A stretch of 64,000 nt of DNA from Octopus sinensis (taxonomy: Eukaryota): NCBI RefSeq assembly GCF_006345805.1, contig NC_043007.1:58404001-58468000 (forward strand). Reading direction: 5' to 3'. Positions within the stretch are counted from its first letter, which is position 1. Each line of letters opens with the position of its first letter. Both the position numbers and the translations under genes were made by a program. Positions 26,882 through 41,069 of the stretch are shown in pieces. The notes beneath the pieces were generated by a model. The model saw nothing but the letters and a program-made list of their open reading frames with translations. It was not told where the DNA came from and did no database searches.

Positions 26882-27021
26882 TGCTAAAAATAACAGCTAA
26901 ATAATATTTTTTGGATAAATCTCTTAAATTAAAGTTTATTTGCCAACATCTCGTTCAGAGATTCAAAACTGCTTTTCTCCTTTAAATTAACAAAAACATT
27001 TATTTACATGAAAGAAAATTA

Positions 27022-27184
27022 CGCAGGAGTGGCTGTGTGGTAAGTAGCTTGCTAACCAACCACATGGTTCCGGGTTCAGTCCCACTGCGTGGCATCTTGG
27101 GCAAGTGTTTTCTGCTATAGCCCCGGGCCGATCAATGCCTTGTGAGTGGATTTGGTAGACGGAAACTGAAAGAAGCCTGTCGTA

Positions 27185-27215
<31 letters not shown>

Positions 27216-27455
27216 GCATGTGTGTTTGTTTGTGTGTCTGTGTTTGTCCCCCTAGCATTGCTTGACAACCGATGCTGGTGTGTTTATGTCCCCGTTACTT
27301 AGCGGTTCGGCAAAAGAGACCGATAGAATAAGTACTGGGCTTACAAAAAGAATAAGTCCCGGGGTCGAGTTGCTCGATTAAAGGCGGTGCTCCAGCATGG
27401 CCGCAGTCAAATGACTGAAACAAGTAAAAGAGTAAAAGAGTAAAGAGTAAAGAGT
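27022..27455 (+). mobile_element. SINE family A, full length, little diverged
   Basis: Complete head, internal (TA)n, 3' half and (GTAAAAGA)n tail. Confidence 0.92.
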
Positions 27456-29622
27456 TACCGGAGACATAACACGTGATGTTTACAAATATTGACAACACGT
27501 GCTATTTTCAGGATGTTGAAAATAGCACAAACTGACAGCTTCTAAATCCTGTTTCTTGACTGGGTGAAAATGATCAGACTTTAAACTTCTATAAATTTTT
27601 TAAAATATTTTTCTGAAAAACATGAAATAACTCGAGTAATTCGGTTTGGGCAAGTGTATCATTGTGCCAAATTTTAAAATTTTCGGTGAACTTTAATTTT
27701 TGGAGCCGCTGGCAACCAAACAGAAAATATCCACGTTCAAAAACACGCATACAATGTGTGATATTGATGTGTACATTATAAAGCTATTTCTGAAACAACG
27801 TTTGAATTTTGTATGTGCGTGTTTGTGTGTGTATGTGTGTGTGTGTACGTTTTCTCCTTTGTCTTGCTTCTGTCGACCCATGGAAATATGAGAAATATCA
27901 TTTTCTTGAAAATTTGCAAGCTACATGTAATGCACAGAGGGAACACCTGACGACATTCTAGATGTCAAGCGCCTAACTTTGGTCTTTTCTTGATTCAGGA
28001 TTGCAGAACTGCCAAATGGATGAGCTGTGGAAAAGCGTGTCTTACAAACGGAGACTTCCACCGGCTCACCGACCAGGAAAATCGCGTTGCCGTTTATACG
28101 CTCTCCCAACTACTTATATGCCTGCATAGCTACTCGTGTTGTTCAAATTTCAGAAAGTTGAGTGATTATGATTTTCTTCACAAAAACTATGCACTATACA
28201 ATTTGCTTATTTAGCATACCATGTAAGTAATCTGCTCGTGGTTTGTTGTTTAAATTTCAGTACATTGTGCAAATTTAATTTTCTTCAAAACACTTCTTTC
28301 ATTATTCAATTTGTTAGTTTAGAGAACCGTTCGTGTATGGGTACCTTGCTGTATTTGTTTTACAGTATTGCAAAAATCGAGATTAATTTTAACTTTGAGA
28401 AGCTCAATAAAATACTATTTATACTTTTGTATCAATTCAATGAATGTATCACAGTTTTGCATAATGCGTGTGCTAATTCAAAATATATCCATATTTTACT
28501 TACGAGAAACTATTTTTCTAAATAATATAAATAATGTGTGCAAACATTCTATAATAATGTTCGTTTTCATTGTTTATTGACACTTTCGAGTTTTTGTATT
28601 TTTACTTCACATTTACATGTGTGTGTGTGAATGCGCGTAAAGAGAGAAAGATGTGTATATGTAAGCATGTGCGCATACATATATGTATGTATGTATTCAT
28701 ATGTTAGTTACCGTTCGTGCAAATTACCCACACAGTCACGTGCACTTACATAGATGCAATGAATTGCCTTTGTTTAATGATGGCTATCGTCTTCTAAACA
28801 CTGTTATTTCTGAAGGTTGACTGTTCTGCTGACGGCATCAACACAATATGGCGATGGGGCTGATTCGAAAAATCTAGGAAAGAAAATATGCATAGATTAC
28901 AGAGGTGCACAAAAAAACACATATTTTTTATTGACTGGCACAAAGTCAGTTTATATACCATTGTTGTTCCAGATTTTGATGTTGTTACTGCCGTTATTTT
29001 CTTCGAAATACATATGAATGTCTCATAGTTGGCAAATAAACAGAATACATCAAATTGGTTCCTGTGTTTACTTTACGTATCTATTGTTTTTTGTCTGTTT
29101 AAATCCATAAAAATCAGTAAAATATAATTCCATAATTATCTAATATATGCCAGAAATATATATAACAATATTTTAGAAACAGAAAGATATAATAATTTTG
29201 ACGTGTTTGTGCTACATTGCTGCAAATCAAACCAATGAAACAATTTCTGAGATCGTTAGACTGCTAGAAATAGAGGATACTTGTCTCTCAAATTGTTATC
29301 GTACTGGAAGAAGGGCAACAGCCATGAATCTTCTCAGTGCTACTGAAAGTGCGGAAATCTAGCCTGAATATTTGTAACAGAGGGAACTATTCTAAATGCC
29401 TCCAGGGGTCATGTGATGGTGCTAATTAAGACGATGGATTACGTTTAATTAAGTTTACTAACCAAAAATGAAGCTAACTAATAAAGTTCCAAAATGAAAA
29501 AGTGGTTAACTCGATCAGTGTCGACTAAGGCTCACATAATTCCAACAGTCTTGTAACTAACTGTCAATCTTCTGTCCAACCTGTCTATAACATTTGACAA
29601 CGATTAATGACAACCATTTAAA

Positions 29623-29870
29623 CAAGTGGTTTTCAACCATTTTATTTTTCCTCTGGACCCCTTTTATTCCCATTTTACTCAGAAGGACCCCCAAAGACAT
29701 TCAATGTTTAGAAAGTCCTGTTACATTTTTATTATTAAATATCATTAGGAATTGTGTTTAGAATAATGTTGAAATATTTTGTGTATTATAGAAGTATAAC
29801 CAGTTTATTGCAGATAAATTTTAACAACATCTTATATGCTCCGCCCCCATTGGGTCACATGCACTCCAGA
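29623..29870 (-). mobile_element. hAT-type MITE, degenerate; same family as 56994-57213 in opposite orientation
   Basis: Terminus CAAGTGGTTTTCAACC. Internal AGAAGTATAACCAGTTTATTGC matches the reverse complement of the 57070 region. Confidence 0.6.
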
Positions 29871-30079
29871 TGATTTAAACTAACCGAAAGTAAAGTAAAG
29901 CATTATTGCTTTTTGCAAGACACAAGGCGAATTTGCTTGTGAAGGGCAAATTATGGTTGGTTAGATCGAGCAGGGTGTATTTCTGATATTGATATAATTT
30001 TTGGTAGATAGCTAAAAGACAAAAATAAACATTGACACTGAACTAGAGCTTACAATGTCCATGTATCTGTGTGTGTGTG

Positions 30080-30203
<124 letters not shown>

Positions 30204-30239
30204 TGTGTGTGTGTTATTTGTTTTCTTTTCCGACAGGAA

Positions 30240-32700
30240 TACCTCTAGACTATAAACTGGCTTTTCTTCCCCTTTGCATCCTCCGGTACCATGACACATA
30301 TTTTACGTTCCTGTTCGGACGATTCTTTGTCCTGTAATTCGTATACGATCCATTAAAGAGGGTGACGTTAGCAAACAAAATGCATTTTCACGAAGCTCAG
30401 TGACAAAACCGCTGCTCTTAATGTTACTGCTAGCTGGCAGAGAAACAATACTTGTCGTGCTGGTGGGGGTTCGATGGAGTGACGGTAGAATTAGTCGTGG
30501 TGGTTGTTGGGAGAGAAGGAAGTTCGTGCCGGTGAAATGGATAAGCAGCAAGCATTCCCAATCATGTGAGCAGGAGAGTAGTGACTGTGCCGAGGGAGGA
30601 TCAGAACAAGGTGCGTGATTGAAAATTTCAGACTCATAATCCTGCTCAATACTTAGTTAAAGATTTTATCTGAGGTGCTCGCCAAGTAGCTGAGGCTTGT
30701 CTTACACGAGAGAGTAGCTGATCAACACAAGCTCACAAGTCGCTAATGTACTGATACTGAACGATTGTGTGTGAACGCATACATTGCCTCGGTGGTTTAT
30801 TACCGTCCTCGGTGGTTTATAACCGTCCTACTTTATTCCAAGAAAACTCTGACCAGATTGAAGTTCTTGCTCTTTTGATTCTAATTAAAGGACAAAGTTC
30901 TGCTGGTCAGGAAATCCATCTGCTGTCAACAGCCACTCCGTGATGGGCATGCACTGAAGCTGATGCACCTGCATAAATATCAAAACTGTTGCGATGATAT
31001 CAACAACGACGACAAAAATAAGGGTGAACTAATGTGACGTTTGGCATCTAGAATGTTACCAGGCGCTCACTGCATTTAGCCGCTGGGCAAAACCGTTAGC
31101 AAGAAAACAACTGAAGACTTATATAGAGAGATTAGTGGAGGGCATGAGTCGAAAATGGCCTCGGATTGACTCTGGGTATCGAGAAGACCAGTCTGAGTGG
31201 ATTCTACTGGAGGACTTTCTGGTTTAAGACTTAAAAAATTTCCAAAGCCCCAGGCATGACAGTGCTACAGTGCTACAGTGAAGCATTGCCTGTTCAGGCA
31301 TGAATGCGCCAATGGCCGAACCTGACCGATGCGCATGCAAGGGAACGATACCGTCCTGCACGCAATCGTTCAGTATCTGTATATCAACAACTTGTGAGTT
31401 TGTGTTGAGCAGCTGCTGCTTTGTGTAAGATGAATCCAGCTAACTGCCGAGCGTATACTAAAGATCGATTAACCAACTTCCCTTGATAGAGAAGGGAGAC
31501 AGAGCTTTGTCTGCTTAAAGGTTGTGGTAAAAGACGCTGTTTGATGGATCCGTCTGAAAGGTTTGAAGATCGGCTCTTTTCTACGTGGCCAAGCTCTCAT
31601 CAATTTCTTCAGATATCATTTGAATAGGAAGGTTGGGGTAGAAAAGAAGGTGCAGTCATCTGTTACCACCATCCTCTGAATGGTGGGCCTGGCATGTCAT
31701 GCTTGCTAATGTGCAGACATGCGCTGCGGTTACACCACTTACAGATTTTCCTGGTGTGGTCCTCGTTTGTAAAGCACACTTTTCCGCAACTTATCTCTTT
31801 GACAGAGCTGCAGTCCTGGGTCAAGAAATGGTCGGGATTAGACGTCTGGCATCTAGAATATCGTCAGGCTCTCACTGGCCTCTAGCAATCGGGCAATATG
31901 ATCGGTAGAAGTTTTAAAGTAGCATTATTTAGAAATCTAGTGATGGGTAAAAACAATGACGTTCTCGGGGAAACTCTATCGTTGACAAAGATGAACTAGC
32001 TTGTCTATTTTGGAGGACTTTGGGGCCCAGTACTACTATGAATAGCTTCCAGAAATCCCTAGCCTGACAGTGGTACCGAGGAGCGTTGCTAGTTCGAGAT
32101 AAACTATACAGGCATGGAAGTGCAGTCAGGCGAGACTGTCCGAGACGTGCACAGAGCGACGAAACCGTTCTGCATGTTGAATATTGCTGACTTGTGGAGT
32201 TATGTCGAACAGCTATTATCCTGTGTTGGATGAATCTGACTATCGACTGAATCCATCCTGATGTTCGCTCCACCGTCCACTTTTAACAAGGTCGGGCAGA
32301 CGGTGTTCTTCTGCCTAGTGGTTATGGTGAATGATGTCGTGTTGTGGATGAGGCTGAAACGATTGGGGAAAGACACTTTCCTCTTCGATCACACTTTCAT
32401 CAACGTTTTTCAGTTCCTCGTGCAAAGGAAAGCGAGGGTGGTGAGGGAAGTGCTACCTCCCAATGAATTAGTAAAAAGATGGATGACTGGCAAAAATCTA
32501 AGTATGTGCCTGTAAAATGAGAAGCGAGAGAGAGGGCACTTACCTTTGGTGGTCAGGATAATCCGGGATATGATGGGTTCCTTGATTGGCCCTTGTTGGA
32601 GTTTCTCTTGTATCATGACGACTGCATCATTCAGGTTATCACATACTTTGTATATTATGTATTTCACTTACTTTTCCATTTCTTTCTCTCCATCGTTTAT
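30240..32700. mobile_element. Unassigned GC-richer decayed element(s); possibly piggyBac-like
   Basis: Non-microsatellite island with broken frames. The minus strand near 31700-31850 reads NPDHFL..SCGKVCFTNEDHTRKICKWCNRSACLHI. Internal diverged inverted and direct duplications are present. Confidence 0.3.
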
Positions 32701-32815
32701 ATAAATCCCGACACAGATTGTTGTCCGTCCATGTGATGCCCTCCTCAAATAAGGAGGGCATCACATGGGCACATAAAATTAGTGTCCCTGTTACTAATGA
32801 AAGAAATTATTATTA

Positions 32816-32900
<85 letters not shown>

Positions 32901-32907
32901 TATTATT

Positions 32908-32910
<3 letters not shown>

Positions 32911-32954
<44 letters not shown>

Positions 32955-33453
32955 AGTGCATGCCGTCAAAGTGACACTGGAGTCAAATATACGAAGCCCA
33001 GTATACCCATCATGACTAGCCGTCTGATAAGGGTACACCAAGCACATGCATTACAACCATATGTGCGCGACGTGGTGATTTCATATCAAGATAAACAGTG
33101 CATGATCTTGCACGTGGGGCCCAGTTAGAATTTTCTTCTGGTCGAGTAGCCCGTCTCGCTCAAAAGGTCCCTGAATAAGGGTTGTTTAAGGATGTTGAAC
33201 GAAACACCAAAGTGAATTATCCAAACCTCTAAGAATTCCTTTTAACACACGGCTATGATGCTCCCTCACTACTTCTGCTAGTGATAATGCTCAACTGGTT
33301 AAGGTCAAACAACTGACAAGCAAATTTGTGGTATTGAGCAGAATATTTGCTGTAGTCCATCTTTTATACCAAGACAAAACAATGTACATGATAACACTTC
33401 CAATCAGTTAAGATGAGAAGCCATGAGAGCCACTGTCTGGTAATGCATCAGGG

Positions 33454-33454
<1 letters not shown>
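32911..33454 (-). mobile_element. Non-coding interspersed element flanked on both sides by (AAT)n, with a (TC)n tail
   Basis: Minus strand reads (AAT)n-GCCCTGATGCATTACC..GGCATGCACTGC-(TC)n-(AAT)n. A partial second copy lies near 25620-25800. No ORF. Confidence 0.65.
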
Positions 33455-33505
<51 letters not shown>

Positions 33506-33649
33506 GTTATTGTTATTATTATTGTTGCTGTTGTTGTTGTTGTTGTTGTTATTATTATTATTATTATTTTATGTTCGACTTTTGCTCTACATTTGTACAA
33601 GTTAGCTCCAAGTCTCACTAAGAGACCTCAAGAGACATTATTATTATTA

Positions 33650-33689
<40 letters not shown>

Positions 33690-34039
33690 TTGTATTTCAA
33701 ACTCTACAGAAAAGTTGCTTCAATCGATCCTTCATAAAACATTTGAAAAATAAAATGTAGTAGGAACAGTTAAAAAAAAATGACGTAAAAATGTCTATTG
33801 AAGACAAAAAAATAAAACATCATAACAAAAATGATGACGATGGTGATGATGATGATGATGATGATGAGGGTAATGACGATGAGGAGGAAGAGGTTGTTGA
33901 TGATGGAGACTATGACGTGGATGAATAAGACGACTATGATGATGATGATGATGATGATGACGATGATGATGATGTGGAGGAGGATAAAATTGAGGATGAT
34001 GATGACAATAATAATAATAATAGTAATAATAATAATAAT

Positions 34040-34097
<58 letters not shown>

Positions 34098-34153
34098 TAA
34101 TAATAATAATAATGATGATGATGATGATATTAATAATAACAATAGCAATAATA

Positions 34154-34203
<50 letters not shown>

Positions 34204-35182
34204 TAATATAATAATAATAATAATGATATTGCTATTACCATTAATAATATCAGTTGTAGTATTAGTATTATTTTAAGTGAAACTGAAAAATATTTTTGAA
34301 AAATTCAATAAAATAAAAATATAAAAGAAATTTAAAAAATACGCGTTAATGGAATAATATTGGTATCCGAAAGCCTCGTATCATCATAATCATCATTACC
34401 AGCAGCAGCTGCTGCTTTATCATTACCATCAGCATTATCATCATCATGAACTGTTTGATAATAGCTAACCAAACAATTTTAAATGCGATACTATCTTTGG
34501 TTAAAACACACTTTTAGTCAATTATGTAATACACTAATGTTATAATGTTAGATTACGATGTGCGCGCACGCACTAGTATATTTGTGTGTGTATGTGTGTG
34601 TGCGTGTGTGTGTCCGTATGCGCACGCGCGCGAATGTGTGTGTATGTGTGTGGGTACGTATTTTTTTAATTACATGTTTTGTATGTAATTGCTTTATTGC
34701 TTTTAAACATTTCGTTGCACACACACACACACACACATATACATGTATTTATGTATGTATGTATGTATGTTGTATGCATGTTTATATATATGTTTGTGTG
34801 TGTGTATATATATATATTTATATACATATATAAGTATATATATATATGAGTGTGTGTTTATATATATATATATGCATATATATATATATATATATGTTTA
34901 TATATATGTATATATATATATATATGATGATATATATATATATATATATATATCTATATATATATATATATATATATATGGATATACATATATGTATGCA
35001 TATGCTTATATATATTCGTGTATATATCTATATATATATATATATATACATATATATACGTATATATATATATATATATATGGATATACATATATGTATG
35101 CATATGCTTATATATATTCGTGTATATATATCTATATATATATATATATACATATATATACGTATATATATATATATGTATG

Positions 35183-35297
<115 letters not shown>

Positions 35298-35332
35298 TAT
35301 ATGCATATATACATACACACACATATATGCCT

Positions 35333-35368
<36 letters not shown>

Positions 35369-37934
35369 TGTGCAGTGTTTACAGCTAAGTTGCCTCCATC
35401 TCCAACTGTGTTCCACGATACGGTAATGAGATTTGTTTTCATTCACGAGGGAGGAGTCGGTGTGCTGCTTCAGTACATACATAAATGCATAAAGACAGAC
35501 AGACAGACTGACAGACATGCAAACATACATCCACACACGAATCCCTACATATGTCTATACGTATTTATATATGCACATATCAAGATATATGTGTGCGTTT
35601 AAACGTGTGCTTATGTGCGTACATGGATGCGCCAGCGAGTATAAACTTGTGTATATGTGTATTTGTATACGTATGTAACTGTGACGTTACTAACTTCATT
35701 TCCATAACTGTATGTTAGAGTTTATTTGTTTGTCGCGAAGGGGTTGGCTGGAAGAGAAGATGAGTGTTAACGTTGGTATTCATTGAAACATGTCAATGTA
35801 ATCATTATAGATCAAAAACATTAATAATATGTTCTCTTTTAATAGAAGTTTACCAACAGACTGTGGCGTAAAATCCTTCTTTGTACTGATGACACTGCAA
35901 CCGTACATTAGAATTGCTATATCTTCGTAGCTCATCTCAAAATTCCGTGGCGACAAAAAATATCACCTAAGGTTTTCCTTAGATAAAACCCCACATCTAT
36001 CACAGATACCTTTTCCCAATAATTCGAATAATATTCACAACGCTCGCCAATTAAGCAATGCTATCACTGATTGCAACGATGGATTAAATGACTGGGTATT
36101 GATAAACACCTTGGTTCCATCGACAGAATTTCAACACACAAATTTTGTTTTTTTTATTCTTTAACATACCGATGCTGCTATCTGCGATTTAGGATTAACT
36201 ACCGACCACTCTATTTTTTATCGCTAAGCCAGGAAGGGGAGATTGTACAATTATCTTTTACGGCCAAAAGTGGTCTTTGAAGGTGAAATGTCTCCTCATA
36301 CAAGAGTTCTGAACTCCAATGCATGCAATAGAGTGGATATACTATAGGTACAAATGGGTCAACATTTGGTCTTATACCAATGAACTGGCTAAGTCTACCA
36401 CCAATGTAGGATTTGAACCTAAACTGCAAAAAGCTAGAACAAATATCACAAAACATTCCATCCGACGTATTGACGATTCCAAGAGTTTACTGCGCTAAAG
36501 TTAATATACATTTACCGAGCAAACGATGATCAAATTATAATGTTGTCATTGATTGAGTTTGAACTCAGAACGCAAGAAACTGGAGTAAATACGACAAATC
36601 GCTTTGTCCGATGCTCTGTCGATTCTGCCACCTTGCTGTTTGCTTTTCCTACTCACTCGGTTATCATATTATTAGTTTATAATTAGTGTACATAGTTTAT
36701 TTTCCTTCTAATTTCCAATTATTTGTGTGCGCAATAATGCTCTGGCGCGCATATTTTTACAAAGGGTGAACTGAATCCTTCAAATGGTGTAAATATTGGA
36801 TAGTTTTTTAAGATAATATTGATTTCGTTCACTATTACAAGGCCACAAATATTGGCTGAATGGAACAATCGATTAAATCATCACCAATAGTTAACTGGTA
36901 CTTATTTTGATCAAATACAACCATTATGCTCCTGATGGATGAGACGACACCTAGCCACCGTCAAATATATCCTAAGAGATTTGAACTCATAATATAAAGG
37001 AACCTATGTAAACAGTAGAAGGCACTGCGTCGATACTCTGCTGTAATCTTTCAAATTAAAGATGTTATTAACACAAGTGCACATATTTTCAAATACAAAC
37101 TTTTCAAATAAGTGTTGTTTATTTTATCAACTCCACAAAAGTAAAGTCCCCTAGACATTACTGCCTCAAGTCCTACGGGGTCATATGACTGGTTACCCAA
37201 CATCACATCATTCCGGGACACCAATCTGTTACAGCGTTAATCATTTACAGCTAAATAAATGAGCTGGAGCAACGTAAAAGGAAGTGTCTTAAGAAGACAA
37301 CGTACCACCAGGTCCGGAAAACGAAACCACGACCATGCGATTATGAGTACAACAGCCTAACCACTAGGCCAAAGCCTTCACCAGCATCATAGGGAGGAAC
37401 GGAAATGTTTACTCTGACGGCTTCAAACTTACGCGAGGGGCGTAACAAAACATCACATTTGTTACTTCTCCGATTCTGGCTTGAACAACTTACAATTTTA
37501 TAATAATGGTTTCTGATTGAGGCTCAAGACCTGCAATTTAAAGCCGTGCGATGTTTAGTAGACAGATGATCGGCGCTTAATTTCATCGATCGCGGAAGGA
37601 ATGAAAGGCGAAGTTGAATTCGGCTGGATTTGAACCTTAAATGCCGGAAAAAATAGCTCAGAGAAATTTGTCCGACGATCGAACGATTCTGCCAATCTGT
37701 GATGATTTTGTATTTTAGGATAATGTAAACGTTGAAACAACTATGACTGTGTTGATGTGTCTCGATGTGTGTTCATGTGTTACGTTTCAAACAACCTTAG
37801 CGTATACATATATGTGTGTGTATGTATGTATGCATGTATGTATGTGCGTATGTATGTATGCATGTATGTATGTGCGTATGTATACATACATATATATATA
37901 TATGTATGTGCGTATGTATACATACATATATACA

Positions 37935-38806
37935 TATGAGGTTATAGAGTTTACGGTAGCTTCATATATGATGGTCTTGGACATGCAAGCTCCATTTAGC
38001 GGGCACAATTCTTTATTCCTGCATGAACAGCTGTTTTCTTGTTGTGTTTTTTGTATGTTATGTTTGATTATGTTTTTAAAATTGGTAGTTGAACTAAAAC
38101 TAATTTTTAAATTGTGTCTATTGAAGAGTTTCCTATAAGTATGGTTAACTGGAAAATGTCTATCTATAAGTGCTAGGAAATATTTACCTATATTGAAGGC
38201 CACCTCGGGTGAGTAAGCTAAGCAAACCAGATGACCTTCCTATTTCTATTATTCCTTTTCCTTACTGTTGGGCTAGTGATAGGTGTATATTTTATTTTTT
38301 CGCTAAAACCACTATCTTTTAAAGCCTTATTATAAACTGGGACAACGCTATTGAAGATGTCCTCATCAGAGGAGAGGCTAGAAATCCTCTTACTAATATT
38401 TTTAACTAAATTTTTGAATACTATAGGGGGGTGGCATGAACCTACATTAATATAACTTAGTCTATCATTGGGCTTCCTATAAGGCTTATAAATATTCTTA
38501 TTAAGATCTAAGGAAACGTCTAAGAAATTGACAACCGTCAGGTTAGTATCTATAGTTATACTAAGTCCGAAGTATTTGATTAACTGGATAATATCCTTCC
38601 TAAAACGATCTTGTGCTGGTCCATTTGTATTAGCTGTTAAGACGAGGGCATCATCTTTGTAGATGGCGAAATGTACGTTAGGGAATGTCTTACCTAAGGT
38701 ATCTAGGAGAAAAAATCCAATTAGGTCACAGATGCCTGCCCCATCATATGAACCCATGCTCAAATCGAAAGCGCCCTCTGTGTCGGTGTTTTTTGACGAA
38801 AAATGC
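37935..38806 (-). mobile_element. Inverted partial copy of the adjacent PLE ORF (RT core, thumb, linker, start of GIY-YIG)
   Basis: MGSYDGAGICDLIG, YKDD, VNFLDVSLDL, YINVGSCHPP, RKVIWF, then NIGKYFLALIDRHFP and CSCRNKELCPLNGAC..IIYEATV. Near-identical to 40071 onward. Confidence 0.92.
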
Positions 38807-38897
38807 GAGCGATGTATAAGTACGCAGGCAAGCAGAGTTATAACACAGTAATTTCCCTTTATTTAACGGTATTTTTTCATAGCGTTTTCAAATAGCC

Positions 38898-38960
38898 AGA
38901 TAACCGAAGAGATGGTGTTGTGGATTTCCACTTCGGCATCTGAAACTCAGAGTTTTATCT
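38898..38960 (+). ncRNA. Type I hammerhead-like motif in the 5' pLTR, core mutated (CCGAAGA)
   Basis: Stem I AGATAA/TTATCT, stem II GATG..CATC with inner GTGG/CCAC, GAAA, palindromic helix III ACTC-A-GAGT. Confidence 0.6.
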
Positions 38961-41069
38961 TGACTACCGAGTAATGTAACATATTATTGTATAGATAAAT
39001 TTCCTCTATTTACATAATATTGAGGTCTCTTTCTTTCTTTTGTTATCTTACCGTTTTATCAATAAATCACCTCCCGGACGACGTTATTCTCAACTAAGAG
39101 CTAATACGGCCTTTTTGGATTATCGCCTAACATCGGTTGAGGACTCTCACACACAGAAGAATTTAATATGGATGCATATCACATAGATTATTCTGTGAAA
39201 AATATACCGATCCCATCAAAGGAATTTTACTCTAAGAAAATTCTACAGAAAATTACTGATGTAATTAAGCGTATGAGATGGAAGGATTTCTTTTTTGATA
39301 CAGAAGCGGACACCAAGGAAAACATTTTCTATCGAATAAAATCCAAAAAATTCACTCCCAGGATTAAAGGCTTGGAAGATTTCGAAGCGGACCTGCTGAA
39401 AATTATGAGCAAAATAAAATTTCGTAAGTCTTTTAACGATTTCCAACATAAATTGAAAAAAGATATCAAACATATAAAAAGCTCCAAGAAAAAAGCACTT
39501 TTTTCGGATAAAACCAAGAACTTATACCTGGTAGATAACAGCAAATACACACAACTCTTACACAACAGCATCATTAATAATTATACTAAGGCTAGGGCAC
39601 AGACATATAACGAAATTAATAAAGAAGCTAGCGTCATCGCCGCTAAACTTAAATTAGATAAAAAAAATAGAAGCCCTCCCCAAAAAGAGGCCTTTATACT
39701 ATTAAAGATCACAAAGAAAACTTCCTTTCCAACCCTAAATGTAGGCTTATCAACCCAGCCAAGTCAGAACTTGGGATTATTAGTAAAGAAATTTTAGATA
39801 AAATAAATACGAAAATTAAGACCGATACTAGGCTAGTACAATGGTCCAATAGTATAGAAGTCGTAGACTGGTTTAAAGCTATTAAGAATAAGAAAAAAGC
39901 GAGTTTACACAATTCGATATTGTTGATTTTATGCCTCTATCTCTAAAGAACTGCTAGATAAGGCCCTCATCTTCGCTAGCGACTTCATAGAAATTAGTAC
40001 CAATGATAAGGACATAATCTTCCATGCTAGAAAGACATTACTTTTCAGTGAGAACGCAAAGTGGGTAAAAAACACCGACACAGAGGGCGCTTTCGATATG
40101 AGCATGGGTTCATATGATGGGGCAGGCATCTGTGACCTAATTGGACTTTTTCTCCTAGATACCTTAGGTAAGACATTCCCTAACGTACATTTCGCCATCT
40201 ACAAAGATGATGCCCTCGCCTTAACAGCTAATACAAATGGACCAGCACAAGATCGTTTTAGGAAGGACATTATCCAGTTAATGAAATACTTCGGACTTAG
40301 TATAACTATTGATACTAACCTGACGGTTGTCAATTTCTTAGACGTTTCCTTAGATCTTAATAAGAATATTTATAAGCCTTATAGGAAGCCCAATGATAGA
40401 CTAAGTTATATTAATGTAGGTTCATGCCACCCCCCCCCCTATAGACATTTTCCAGTTAACCATACTTATAGGAAACTCTTATAGGAAGCTACCGTAAACT
40501 CTATAAGCACTAAAGACACCGTTTTGACGAAGAAATACGTGGGCCTTACAGAGGGTAATTTCAAGGCCAGGTTCAATAACCACACTTTGAGCTTTAGGCA
40601 CTGGAACAAAAGAAAAGCGACACAATTATCTAATCATATTTGGTCTTTAAGAGATGAAGGTGTCGATTATAACATATAATGGAAGATTTTGGCCAGATGT
40701 AAGCCCTATACCAACGGCAGCGGAAGGTGCGGTCTATGCGACATGGAGAGATGGCTTATCTGGAAAAGCAGCTTAGACCCTACTACATGTCTAAATACAA
40801 GGACAGAGCTTTTCGGATCATGCCCACATGTGACTAAATTTCTGTTACGTTTTTGGTCCCCTAAATAAAACAGATAGAACATGCTTTCTATGTTATGTCC
40901 CAAGAAGAATTTATATATTTTTATATATTTTTATATATTTTTTATGTATTTTTATATAATTTTTATGACGAAAAATGCGAGCGATGTATAAGTACGCAGG
41001 CAAGCAGAGTTATAACACAGTAATTTCCCTTTATTTAACGGTATTTTTTCATAGCGTTTTCAAATAGCC

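Noticed and set aside
32510-32543. Minus-strand GTAAGT..TTTTACAG mini-intron
   Set aside because: Only 34 nt, and splicing it out does not yield a long or recognisable frame.
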